Shown: piece by piece, positions 10,842-23,360 of the stretch
Layout: the number at the start of each line of letters is the position of its first letter
Numbering within the stretch: position 1 is the stretch's first letter
Source: Mesotaenium endlicherianum
Taxonomy: Eukaryota
Direction of reading: 5' to 3'
NCBI GenBank assembly: GCA_009602735.1
Contig: WELA01002985.1
Location: 509,527-544,784 of the forward strand
Length of the DNA stretch: 35,258 nt
Translations under genes and position numbers: made by a program
The notes under the pieces: model-generated
The model's database searches: none
Told to the model about the DNA's origin: nothing
The model's input: only the letters and a program-made list of their open reading frames with translations

Positions 10842-13800
10842 CCTTGCAGAATTTTGCCCGCTCTTCTGAGAGCTTTTTTGTTCCCTGCTGCAGAGCGTCG
10901 CCCTGTTGATGAGTGTACTCAACGTGCTTGTCCTCCCCGAGCCCGCTGCTCTGAAGCGCTTCGAGCATCCGCTTGAGCTTTTCAATGTCGTCCTCCAGCT
11001 TCAGGACGTCCACTTTGGCTTGCAGGTCCGCCAGCTGTTCCCCGGCCTACTCTTTGACCACGTGGAGGGAGCCGCGCTTTGTGACACCCGTGCCAAGATG
11101 CACCCTGGGCTCGAGGGGGCGCACGTCCTTGTTGTTGGCCCCAGCCTAGACTTGGCCCGCGGCCTCGGCATCCTGCCCATGCCCCTTCTTTCCCTTCCCC
11201 GTTTGCTGCCGCTCCAGGTGCTCGCGCTTGAGACTGGCAAAAGTGTCTTGGGTGAGCATAGTCAGCAGGACGTCGAGCGGAGGGCCCTAGTCAACGTTTC
11301 TCCTGATGCACATGGCTGGCTGCGCGTACGGCTTCAACCCAGCAGCGCTCTGCGTCTTCTCGACGGTGTGGCACACCCGCGCAAATGCGTCCAGCGTCAG
11401 CAGGCCGTTGTTTGCCCTGCCCGCGTGCAACATCTGCTTGAGGCACCGGCCGCTCCGTAGGCTCTGCGCCGAGTAGGCTGCTGCAACGTATGGCGGGAGG
11501 CCAGCATACTCCATCTGGCAGCGAAGCCAGTAGCGGGCGAGGTCCCTGGAGAGTTGCAACCAAGAGACGCACACGCGCACAAACACAAAGGTCAATGTAC
11601 GACGACATTGAGCTCGGCAGCAGCGACAGCGAGCTCGGCATCGACAGCGACAGCCAGCTCGGCGGCAGCAACAGCGAGCATTGCAAGAACAACATTGACA
11701 GCAACAGCGAGCTTGGCAATAGTAACAGCTACACGACAGCAACATCGACAGCGAGCTCGGCAGCAGCGACAGCGACAGCAACAGCGACGACGAGCTCAGC
11801 AGCAGCAACAAAGACAGCGCATCGACAACAAAAGAGAGTTCTGCGGCAGGTGACGTCGAGGGCAAAGCACTTGCATGGGGACGACGTGAGGAAGCACAAC
11901 AAGTGTGCGAGGCCACGAGGACACGCACCGTGCACACGAGACGGAGTCACACTTGACAAGTTGCTTGAAGGAGCGACAGAACAAGGTCAATGGCGCCTAG
12001 AGTAACTTACCGGCACCAGGGGGTTCATGTCCTTGTCCTCGACGAGCAAAAATAGGAAGTAGTGGAGCTTGTCAGCGCGGATCTTGAAATTCATCTCACG
12101 GACGGCAGCCTCTAGGGAGCTGTTGCCTGCTGCCCACGCCTTCAAAAACGACACAAAGGCCACCAAAGTGCGCACGGGACAATACCTGCGTGCACGCAAG
12201 TGGCCGGCGGACCATTGTGTTTATTAGATGGCTGGCTGGCAGGCAGCTGCTGCCTCTAGCGGACAAGAGACCGCAGGTGGCTGGTGCGTGCACGTAGCGC
12301 CGGTCCTCTAGAAACTCCTCGACGCGCGCCTTGCGCCGGCCGGCCCGACGGGTCCTGTCGTGCTTGCGAGCCTTCCGGTCGGTCACCGTCAGGATGGCCT
12401 CAAGGTGGAAGGACCCGTCGTGTGCCAGGTATGGACGGAACTCGACGTCCCGCAGCCGGAGGAGCTCCATCGAGTTGGGCCGGAGCGCGGCGCACACGGA
12501 GAGCTTGAGCAACATCTTCATCACAAGGCCCCGGAGCAGGGTGGTGTTGACGCTGTCGACGACCATCTTGTAGACATCCATCGTCATGGCCAGCTTCCGC
12601 TTGGGCCTCTCTGTGCCTCGCGTGCTGCCAGCCAAGTCAGTCAGTCAGCGCAGGCTGTGAGTGTTTGAGTGAGGTCACAAGCACAACGGGTCTCAGCAAG
12701 GGGGGCTTTATGCTGAGGGCAACAAGAGCGACATGAGGAGAAACGTGGGGGGGGGGGGGCTTGGAGGAGCGCGTACCGCATGATGAAATCAAGTTGCGCC
12801 TTGAACATCTTGTTGAAGTCGTCCATGGACTCCTCCATGTACGCGCCCTTGGCTTGCTTCTTGCCTAGAGCAAGGTAGGCCCGGGCTTGGTAGCACAACT
12901 CAAGCGTGTAAGCCCACATGTAGCCGTTGCCCCCCCCCCCAGCAAGAGCATCCACAGCTTGAAGGTCTCCCGGTCCATGGGCAAGGGCCCCAGGTCAATG
13001 ACCTTCTTTGGCCACTCCTTCTCCTTGGCCCTCTCCGCCCAAAAGTCGGCCACCATCTGGAACAAGGCTGCCAGGGCCACTGCCCTCTTGAGAGCAGCCT
13101 CCTCCGTGAGCTGCAGCGTCTCCGTGCGAAAATCCTGCACGATCTTCTCCCGCTTCTTGGCGGGGAGCTTTTTGAGCCCCTTCATTGCCACCACCGGCTC
13201 GACGAGCTTGATGTCGTGGTTGGCCCCGCGCACCAGCGCCTCGGCCGCAAACTCGAGGCACTTGCCGAGCGTGCTGTCAAGAGAAGCGTAAGGGGTGAAG
13301 GACCACGAGGCCATGACCTCCGTGAGGAGCTTGTCGTCGCGCGCGGTCCAGTCGCGCAAGATGGCATCCGCATCCTTCGGAGAGTACGCTGTCATATCAC
13401 GTGCGTGCAAGAAGTGAGTGAGGAAGGGATGCGAAAGGACGGGCAAAGTCTGGGGGGGAGGGGAGAGACAAAGACGAACTTAGACCTGCTGCACCGACGA
13501 CGCCCCACAAAGTAGAAGACATAGCACACACGTAGAGGTAAGAGGCCAGGCTCGAACAATACTCACTTTTCGAGGGGCTGGCCGTAGCGGGTTCGTTGGG
13601 GGGCTCCGTCGCTGGTGTCACCGACGCGGGAGCAGCATCGAACGACGGGGCCGGGGTGGCATAGGTCACGGCGCTGCCGCTCGCAGGCGGGGGCAACGTG
13701 GCCGCATTGTCGGCGTACAGGCGGCGCCCTTTAATCCCCCTGGGCGGCTGCGTCTGCGGGGGGGAGGGGGCCTGCACGCTCGCTCTGACGCTGGTGGCGG

Positions 13801-13927
13801 AGGGCAAGCCGGCGAACTCCGGCTGCGCGGCGTCGGAGGCGCGCCGGAAGGACCTCATCCCCGGCGGCAGGACGGGCAAGGAGGAGCCTGCGCCGCCGCC
13901 GTCCGGTGCTGCACTCAGGCGGGCCAC
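10842..13927 (-). pseudogene. Spliced tyrosine recombinase gene YR-1 (Crypton/DIRS-like YR domain)
   Basis: Box I AALRPNSMELLRLRDVEF (Arg 12480-12482); Lys candidates in TVTDRKARK; YCPVRTL; box II EYAGLPPYVAAAYSAQSLRSG (QSLR 11455-11466); candidate nucleophile GLKPYAQPAM (Tyr 11326-11328). GT-AG introns (donors at 13566, 12776, 12010). In-frame TAGs at 11287, 11146, 11047 and a frameshift in the C-run ~12930-12940. Confidence 0.8.
11595..11830 (+). repeat. Low-complexity CAG/CGA/CAA-rich minisatellite within a YR-1 intron
   Basis: Recurring acagcgagctcggcagcagcg / cgacagc / caacagc units. Confidence 0.75.
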
Positions 13928-14087
13928 GCGTTAGTTACGTGTTAATGTGGCAGCTCAACAAAACATCGCGAGCAATGTAGCAGCGGCGCCCAGCCTGTCA
14001 AGGCTAGGTGGTAGGCTAAAATGTGCAGGGGCTTGATGCAAAGAGGCGTTTGCACCGCCAAGTGCAAAAGGGGCCGGATAGAGGGTC

Positions 14088-17000
14088 TCACGCTCGGTCG
14101 GCAAACGCATGCCCGGCGGGGTCTGTCCGGCGTCGGACGGCAGGCTGCGCGAGGGGGAGGGAGTGGACGCCGTGGCCGACGAGGTGGCCAACCTCAAGCC
14201 GGAGGAGCTGGCAGTGCCTGTAGCGGCCGTACCACGCCAAAGCCGCGAGGTCAATGGGTGAGTGACGCACAACAAGCCTCTTCACTCACGCGTGCAAGGG
14301 AGGGGGACAGTAAGAAATTGCAGCCAGGTTAAGCCCGGCACACTCACCGTCGGAGCTGGACGAGCCAACGTGGTGCCGCCCCTTGCCCTTTTTGCCCTTG
14401 CTCTTGTGCTTGCTCCAGCTCTTGCTCTTGCTCTTGCCCTTGCCCTTGCCCTTGCCCCTCTTCTTCTTCCGCTTGGGCGAGGGTCCAGCCTTGCTGGGTG
14501 CACCCGGCGCCCCTGCCGCTGCTCCCCCCATAGCAAGCAAACACACGGAGGCACACACGGCCCGCGAGAGAGGATGAGCACGGGTTGGGGCTTCTAGGGT
14601 GGAGCAGCACGAGTGAGAGGCCCAAGACCACATACACAGAGATAAACACGGAGAGAGCGCGTGGTAGGCGGGTTGTTGTGAGCAAGGCGGGGCGATGCTC
14701 AACGAGTCTCACCTCGCTTGCCGCCTGTGCCCTTGGGGGGGGGCGAGGGCCACGCCTCGGGATTCCCTTCCGCTACGCTCGCGGCTGCGCAGCACGGAGA
14801 GAGGGGCAAGAGGCGAGGACGTTGTGTGAGTCAGCACCACTGGCCGGCGCCAATATTGCATTCTGCCGCCCGATCTGGGCCAGGACGTGGCACACGCGGC
14901 AACTGTGGGGGTGGAAGGGGCGGGCGTACCTGGTGGGGCCGAGTGAGCGGCAGGCGCGACAAGGGGGGCAAGAGGGGCAGGTTCTACGCCCAGAGGGTCT
15001 GGCGCTCGCTCAGCGGCCTGCGCTTGGGCCTGGGCCTGGTCTGCGTGGGGGTCTGGCGCTCGCTCGCCGGCTTGGGCCTGGGCCTGGCCCTGGCCCTGGG
15101 CAGCGGCCTTGGCCTGTGCTTGGGCCATCTTGTTGCGCTTGGGCTCGCCTCTCTTCGTGTAGGTGTCACTCAACATGTTGACGGCCCTCTGAACCTGGTC
15201 CTTGAGGTTCGTCGAGAACCTGCGCACATGCACGCGGCTCCGACGAGGTGCGGAGCGAGTGACGAGTGGGACGTGTGGCAGCATCGCACGGCGGCGACGG
15301 AGAGCAGAGCAAAAGCAGTTAGCCTAGACGCGGGGCACTACAATGGGGGGGTCGGAGGTCTGGTAAGCGTATTCGTTGCTGATCCTCAATCGCATGGCGT
15401 CGGCCTCCTCCCTCTCCTTGTCGGTCACTGCCGGGTCTCTGAGCTTGGCATTGAGGGCGTCGCGCTTCTGCCTGTTCTTCTCGAGGTTGGCAATCAACAT
15501 GTTGAGCTCTTCCAGCAGCTCGGTGTCCCCCCTCCCAGTTGCGTACTCCCTCATGACGCGCTGCGCCTCTTCCCAGCTCATCGCGAGCTCTGCTGCACAT
15601 CCGGCCAGGAGACAGACCCCACCCTACACGGCGATGCAAAGTAAGCATCCCATCCCCGGTGCCTGCCGTGCTGTGCGCGCAGGAAGTGGTGGAGGCTAGA
15701 AATAGGAGGGGCACCGCGCCGACTCATCGTGATTGCGCCCGGGCAAGCCCTCCTTGCGCCTGGTGACAGCCTCCTGCATAGTCCTGACCTCCCGCCCCAC
15801 CATGGTGAGAGTCTCCTCTTTGGGCCCCTCGCCTGCCTCCTTGGGATGATCTTCGAAGCGCGTGGCCCTCCCTCCTGCGCAACGCAGTCACCCTGCGCAC
15901 GGCGGGCAGGGAGCGGGCCACCACCGGTCACGCGCCGCTGGGCACCAGCAGCCAGCCTGTCGGTCAAAGATGGAGGTGCGCGCATGCATGCAGTCTGGGT
16001 TGGTTGCCGGGGAGGGGCACTCACTTGTTGGACACCTCCTTGCCCCAAGCCTGCGCCTTGGCGTCGCCGCTGTACTCGCACCTATCTTTCCCCACCGGCC
16101 TGTACTCGTTGTGGTGGTCCTGGAGCGCCTCCTCCGCCTCGCTCAGATCCTGCAGCATCTTGTCGAGCTTGGGATTGTTCTTGCCCTTGAGCACCCCAAT
16201 GGTGTGGGGCAGGTAGTTGTCCCCGCCTGCACCGGCCAGCAAAGTAGCACAAAGAGGCCAGGGGGGGGAAAAAAAGAGGGCGGCGGTCAGCAGGAGCACT
16301 GCAAACCGTGAGACGGCATGATGGGAGAAAAGTACAAAGCGAGCAAAGTAAAGAGTGGGTGAGGTGCAAAGCACTCACGCGCCCCCTTGGCGGCCACAAC
16401 CCTGGCCCTGTCAACGTCCGTGCGTATGATGTCGCGGTCGCGCTGGTGTTGCTTGCGGTTGCCCCTGGCCTTTGCTAACTGGTGGGCCATCTGATTGCAG
16501 GCCGCGCCCGGCACGTGCTGACCCTTGGCCACCAGATCGCGCGCCATACCTGCCGCGCGCACCTTCTCGCTCCCCATCTCCGCCGACACAATGCGCCCGG
16601 CGGCATGGTGCGCAAGCGTCAGCGTGTAGCGGCCGCTCTGCCCGGGGTCGTGCGACAGCGGATTAAACCCCTTGGCCTTCACGCGCTCCACCTTGCGGGG
16701 GTCCTGCTTCAGCTCGGCGGGTATCTCTACGGACACGTCGCTCTCGTCGGAGCCTGGCACGAAAGCGCACGACCAGATCCGCGTGCGCGTGAGGATGAGG
16801 GCAGGGAGGGAGGGAGGGAGAGGGCGAGAGAGAGAGAGCGAGGAGGTACACATGTCGTGCGACGGCGTGAAGCAAGCATATCAAAGGCACGGGTAGCCCA
16901 CAAGTGAGGCACGATGCACCTCACCAATTGAAAAAAAGGATCGAGCGCGCACAGCGAGAGTTGGGCGCCGCACTCACCTCCGAGGTAGTCGTGCATACTC

Positions 17001-18346
17001 GGGCGGGCGAGGTCGATCGCCGGGCCGAAGTAGCAGTCGAACATGGAGTTGGAGATTTGGCTGCGCCACCCGCACCTGTCTGCCAAGTCGCGGATGATTG
17101 TGAACACGTCGAGATAGCCCTTTTGCTCGATGACGTGGATGGCCGCCTGCGCGCCAAGTGCACATCGTGGGAGGGGGGCGGGGGCGTCAATAGTCCACCA
17201 GATTGGAGGCAGCCCAAAGCACGCGCGGCAGGCTTCTGGCAGCACGAAATCCGCGCAAAATCTGGAGCAAAACGACGGAGAGAGATAGGGGACCTGCTCC
17301 ACCGTGCCCTTCCGTATGCTCTGGCTGGAGAGCTCGTCGGGGCAGATGCTGGCGTACTCGGCCATTGCCTTGATCTCGCGCGTGAGGGCGTACTCGCTCC
17401 ACTGCGCGCAAGGGGCGCAAGGGTGGCAGGGGCAGGAAGGTCTTCATCATCAAGCAAGGCGCGGGACGGCGGGATGTGCCAGATCTGGACTGTCATAAAA
17501 GTGGCATGAGCGCGCGGACACTCACCGCCTCGCGGGTGTAGCCGTTGTCACGCGTGGCCACCAGCACGAGGTCCTTGAGGCACTCAGGGCAGATCTCGTA
17601 GTTGGCGCGGGGCGCATCGTCGCCCCGCGCGCGGGCAACCACAAAGGCGCCGCGCGCCTTGAGCATGACGACAAGCCAGCGGTGCAGGTTGAAGGGGGCG
17701 TCCGTCCTGCCAAAGGCGGCCTCCCGGCGGTTGCCCTCCTTTCAGGTGTTCTTGTGGGGGTCGATCTGCGAAGGGAGCACCCCCAAACGAGCGCGCACCA
17801 TGCAAGTCGTCGTCAGCAGGCAGGTGGCTTGGGGGGGGGNGACAGCGATAGTGCCAGGAGAAAGAAGTCAGCGCGAGCACTACGCACTTGCCACACGACC
17901 AGGCTGGCCTCGCCGCCGCCGCCACCGCCGCCGCAACCGCTGTCGTCATTGGAGATGGAAGAGATGCGCAGGTCTTCCAGGCGGGTCTTGAGCAGGTTGC
18001 GGACGCGCGCCCCCGCCTTGTGGCCCATGAGAAGCATCAGCTCGTTGACGACGTCGCGCGGGATGTCCTCCCGCAGCGGCGCCAGCATGAGCTGCACGTC
18101 GCAAAGGATGAGGGCGCGGCGCCTATGTGGGTGCTCGACGGGGTACAGCCGCAGGCACACGTTGCGCGCGGCGCGGGCCTCCTCTTTGAACTCCGCCATG
18201 GTCCCCTCCACCGGGGGCGGGTCACGGCTCCTCAGCCACCGGAGGAATAAGGTGTCCATGTGGACGAGCGCTTGCCGTCGCGCAGCCAGCGCAGGAAGAC
18301 CGCGTATGTCTTGCGGGATATGGAGCCGGGGAAGCCGGCGGACAGC
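14088..18346 (-). pseudogene. Spliced tyrosine recombinase gene YR-2: catalytic domain and long C-terminal region
   Basis: Box I GHKAGARVRNLLKTRLEDL (Arg 18005-18007); DPHKNT (Lys 17751-17753, followed by TGA 17742-17744); EYASICPDELSSQSIRKG (QSIR 17312-17323); LADRCGWRSQISNSMFDCYFGPAI (Trp 17066-17068, Tyr 17030-17032). Phase-consistent GT-AG introns join the catalytic exons; later exons give helical, Ala/Gln-rich and Lys-rich segments. The 3' end is approximate. Confidence 0.82.
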
Positions 18347-18347
18347 N

Positions 18348-21300
18348 GACTCCTCCATGTACGCGCCCTTGGCTTGCTTCTTGCCTAGAGCAAGGTAGGC
18401 CCGGGCTTGGTAGCACAACTCAAGCGTGTAAGCCCACATGTAGCCGTTGCCCCCCCCCCCAGCAAGAGCATCCACAGCTTGAAGGTCTCCCGGTCCATGG
18501 GCAAGGGCCCCAGGTCAATGACCTTCTTTGGCCACTCCTTCTCCTTGGCCCTCTCCGCCCAAAAGTCGGCCACCATCTGGAACAAGGCTGCCAGGGCCAC
18601 TGCCCTCTTGAGAGCAGCCTCCTCCGTGAGCTGCAGCGTCTCCGTGCGAAAATCCTGCACGATCTTCTCCCGCTTCTTGGCGGGGAGCTTTTTGAGCCCC
18701 TTCATTGCCACCACCGGCTCGACGAGCTTGATGTCGTGGTTGGCCCCGCGCACCAGCGCCTCGGCCGCAAACTCGAGGCACTTGCCGAGCGTGCTGTCAA
18801 GAGAAGCGTAAGGGGTGAAGGACCACGAGGCCATGACCTCCGTGAGGAGCTTGTCGTCGCGCGCGGTCCAGTCGCGCAAGATGGCATCCGCATCCTTCGG
18901 AGAGTACGCTGTCATATCACGTGCGTGCAAGAAGTGAGTGAGGAAGGGATGCGAAAGGACGGGCAAAGTCTGGGGGGGAGGGGAGAGACAAAGACGAACT
19001 TAGACCTGCTGCACCGACGACGCCCCACAAAGTAGAAGACATAGCACACACGTAGAGGTAAGAGGCCAGGCTCGAACAATACTCACTTTTCGAGGGGCTG
19101 GCCGTAGCGGGTTCGTTGGGGGGCTCCGTCGCTGGTGTCACCGACGCGGGAGCAGCATCGAACGACGGGGCCGGGGTGGCATAGGTCACGGCGCTGCCGC
19201 TCGCAGGCGGGGGCAACGTGGCCGCATTGTCGGCGTACAGGCGGCGCCCTTTAATCCCCCTGGGCGGCTGCGTCTGCGGGGGGGAGGGGGCCTGCACGCT
19301 CGCTCTGACGCTGGTGGCGGAGGGCAAGCCGGCGAACTCCGGCTGCGCGGCGTCGGAGGCGCGCCGGAAGGACCTCATCCCCGGCGGCAGGACGGGCAAG
19401 GAGGAGCCTGCGCCGCCGCCGTCCGGTGCTGCACTCAGGCGGGCCACGCGTTAGTTACGTGTTAATGTGGCAGCTCAACAAAACATCGCGAGCAATGTAG
19501 CAGCGGCGCCCAGCCTGTCAAGGCTAGGTGGTAGGCTAAAATGTGCAGGGGCTTGATGCAAAGAGGCGTTTGCACCGCCAAGTGCAAAAGGGGCCGGATA
19601 GAGGGTCTCACGCTCGGTCGGCAAACGCATGCCCGGCGGGGTCTGTCCGGCGTCGGACGGCAGGCTGCGCGAGGGGGAGGGAGTGGACGCCGTGGCCGAC
19701 GAGGTGGCCAACCTCAAGCCGGAGGAGCTGGCAGTGCCTGTAGCGGCCGTACCACGCCAAAGCCGCGAGGTCAATGGGTGAGTGACGCACAACAAGCCTC
19801 TTCACTCACGCGTGCAAGGGAGGGGGACAGTAAGAAATTGCAGCCAGGTTAAGCCCGGCACACTCACCGTCGGAGCTGGACGAGCCAACGTGGTGCCGCC
19901 CCTTGCCCTTTTTGCCCTTGCTCTTGTGCTTGCTCCAGCTCTTGCTCTTGCTCTTGCCCTTGCCCTTGCCCTTGCCCCTCTTCTTCTTCCGCTTGGGCGA
20001 GGGTCCAGCCTTGCTGGGTGCACCCGGCGCCCCTGCCGCTGCTCCCCCCATAGCAAGCAAACACACGGAGGCACACACGGCCCGCGAGAGAGGATGAGCA
20101 CGGGTTGGGGCTTCTAGGGTGGAGCAGCACGAGTGAGAGGCCCAAGACCACATACACAGAGATAAACACGGAGAGAGCGCGTGGTAGGCGGGTTGTTGTG
20201 AGCAAGGCGGGGCGATGCTCAACGAGTCTCACCTCGCTTGCCGCCTGTGCCCTTGGGGGGGGGCGAGGGCCACGCCTCGGGATTCCCTTCCGCTACGCTC
20301 GCGGCTGCGCAGCACGGAGAGAGGGGCAAGAGGCGAGGACGTTGTGTGAGTCAGCACCACTGGCCGGCGCCAATATTGCATTCTGCCGCCCGATCTGGGC
20401 CAGGACGTGGCACACGCGGCAACTGTGGGGGTGGAAGGGGCGGGCGTACCTGGTGGGGCCGAGTGAGCGGCAGGCGCGACAAGGGGGGCAAGAGGGGCAG
20501 GTTCTACGCCCAGAGGGTCTGGCGCTCGCTCAGCGGCCTGCGCTTGGGCCTGGGCCTGGTCTGCGTGGGGGTCTGGCGCTCGCTCGCCGGCTTGGGCCTG
20601 GGCCTGGCCCTGGCCCTGGGCAGCGGCCTTGGCCTGTGCTTGGGCCATCTTGTTGCGCTTGGGCTCGCCTCTCTTCGTGTAGGTGTCACTCAACATGTTG
20701 ACGGCCCTCTGAACCTGGTCCTTGAGGTTCGTCGAGAACCTGCGCACATGCACGCGGCTCCGACGAGGTGCGGAGCGAGTGACGAGTGGGACGTGTGGCA
20801 GCATCGCACGGCGGCGACGGAGAGCAGAGCAAAAGCAGTTAGCCTAGACGCGGGGCACTACAATGGGGGGGTCGGAGGTCTGGTAAGCGTATTCGTTGCT
20901 GATCCTCAATCGCATGGCGTCGGCCTCCTCCCTCTCCTTGTCGGTCACTGCCGGGTCTCTGAGCTTGGCATTGAGGGCGTCGCGCTTCTGCCTGTTCTTC
21001 TCGAGGTTGGCAATCAACATGTTGAGCTCTTCCAGCAGCTCGGTGTCCCCCCTCCCAGTTGCGTACTCCCTCATGACGCGCTGCGCCTCTTCCCAGCTCA
21101 TCGCGAGCTCTGCTGCACATCCGGCCAGGAGACAGACCCCACCCTACACGGCGATGCAAAGTAAGCATCCCATCCCCGGTGCCTGCCGTGCTGTGCGCGC
21201 AGGAAGTGGTGGAGGCTAGAAATAGGAGGGGCACCGCGCCGACTCATCGTGATTGCGCCCGGGCAAGCCCTCCTTGCGCCTGGTGACAGCCTCCTGCATA

Positions 21301-23359
21301 GTCCTGACCTCCCGCCCCACCATGGTGAGAGTCTCCTCTTTGGGCCCCTCGCCTGCCTCCTTGGGATGATCTTCGAAGCGCGTGGCCCTCCCTCCTGCGC
21401 AACGCAGTCACCCTGCGCACGGCGGGCAGGGAGCGGGCCACCACCGGTCACGCGCCGCTGGGCACCAGCAGCCAGCCTGTCGGTCAAAGATGGAGGTGCG
21501 CGCATGCATGCAGTCTGGGTTGGTTGCCGGGGAGGGGCACTCACTTGTTGGACACCTCCTTGCCCCAAGCCTGCGCCTTGGCGTCGCCGCTGTACTCGCA
21601 CCTATCTTTCCCCACCGGCCTGTACTCGTTGTGGTGGTCCTGGAGCGCCTCCTCCGCCTCGCTCAGATCCTGCAGCATCTTGTCGAGCTTGGGATTGTTC
21701 TTGCCCTTGAGCACCCCAATGGTGTGGGGCAGGTAGTTGTCCCCGCCTGCACCGGCCAGCAAAGTAGCACAAAGAGGCCAGGGGGGGGAAAAAAAGAGGG
21801 CGGCGGTCAGCAGGAGCACTGCAAACCGTGAGACGGCATGATGGGAGAAAAGTACAAAGCGAGCAAAGTAAAGAGTGGGTGAGGTGCAAAGCACTCACGC
21901 GCCCCCTTGGCGGCCACAACCCTGGCCCTGTCAACGTCCGTGCGTATGATGTCGCGGTCGCGCTGGTGTTGCTTGCGGTTGCCCCTGGCCTTTGCTAACT
22001 GGTGGGCCATCTGATTGCAGGCCGCGCCCGGCACGTGCTGACCCTTGGCCACCAGATCGCGCGCCATACCTGCCGCGCGCACCTTCTCGCTCCCCATCTC
22101 CGCCGACACAATGCGCCCGGCGGCATGGTGCGCAAGCGTCAGCGTGTAGCGGCCGCTCTGCCCGGGGTCGTGCGACAGCGGATTAAACCCCTTGGCCTTC
22201 ACGCGCTCCACCTTGCGGGGGTCCTGCTTCAGCTCGGCGGGTATCTCTACGGACACGTCGCTCTCGTCGGAGCCTGGCACGAAAGCGCACGACCAGATCC
22301 GCGTGCGCGTGAGGATGAGGGCAGGGAGGGAGGGAGGGAGAGGGCGAGAGAGAGAGAGCGAGGAGGTACACATGTCGTGCGACGGCGTGAAGCAAGCATA
22401 TCAAAGGCACGGGTAGCCCACAAGTGAGGCACGATGCACCTCACCAATTGAAAAAAAGGATCGAGCGCGCACAGCGAGAGTTGGGCGCCGCACTCACCTC
22501 CGAGGTAGTCGTGCATACTCGGGCGGGCGAGGTCGATCGCCGGGCCGAAGTAGCAGTCGAACATGGAGTTGGAGATTTGGCTGCGCCACCCGCACCTGTC
22601 TGCCAAGTCGCGGATGATTGTGAACACGTCGAGATAGCCCTTTTGCTCGATGACGTGGATGGCCGCCTGCGCGCCAAGTGCACATCGTGGGAGGGGGGCG
22701 GGGGCGTCAATAGTCCACCAGATTGGAGGCAGCCCAAAGCACGCGCGGCAGGCTTCTGGCAGCACGAAATCCGCGCAAAATCTGGAGCAAAACGACGGAG
22801 AGAGATAGGGGACCTGCTCCACCGTGCCCTTCCGTATGCTCTGGCTGGAGAGCTCGTCGGGGCAGATGCTGGCGTACTCGGCCATTGCCTTGATCTCGCG
22901 CGTGAGGGCGTACTCGCTCCACTGCGCGCAAGGGGCGCAAGGGTGGCAGGGGCAGGAAGGTCTTCATCATCAAGCAAGGCGCGGGACGGCGGGATGTGCC
23001 AGATCTGGACTGTCATAAAAGTGGCATGAGCGCGCGGACACTCACCGCCTCGCGGGTGTAGCCGTTGTCACGCGTGGCCACCAGCACGAGGTCCTTGAGG
23101 CACTCAGGGCAGATCTCGTAGTTGGCGCGGGGCGCATCGTCGCCCCGCGCGCGGGCAACCACAAAGGCGCCGCGCGCCTTGAGCATGACGACAAGCCAGC
23201 GGTGCAGGTTGAAGGGGGCGTCCGTCCTGCCAAAGGCGGCCTCCCGGCGGTTGCCCTCCTTTCAGGTGTTCTTGTGGGGGTCGATCTGCGAAGGGAGCAC
23301 CCCCAAACGAGCGCGCACCATGCAAGTCGTCGTCAGCAGGCAGGTGGCTTGGGGGGGGG
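18348..23359. repeat. 5,012-bp apparently identical copy of 12828..17839 (offset 5,520); probable assembly duplication
   Basis: All ORF translations recur at +5520. The copy is delimited exactly by single Ns at 18347 and 23360, and copy 1 ends at the N at 17840. Confidence 0.95.
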
Positions 23360-23360
23360 N

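Noticed and set aside
10808..10850. Apparent CCHC zinc knuckle CKVCGR*GHLDCNC at the end of the YR-1 exon
   Set aside because: It contains a stop and overlaps a plausible splice donor (AAG|GTGTGT), so it may be intronic coincidence.
9582..11289. Reassigned genetic code (TAG/TAA read as Gln) to explain in-frame stops
   Set aside because: In-frame TGA stops and frameshifts also occur, CAG/CAA codons are abundant, and gag appears to end on TAA; mutational decay is simpler.
13698..23029. Numerous long plus-strand and alternate-frame ORFs (e.g. 14718..15644, 16904..17509)
   Set aside because: Shadow ORFs of GC-rich minus-strand exons; no recognisable domains.
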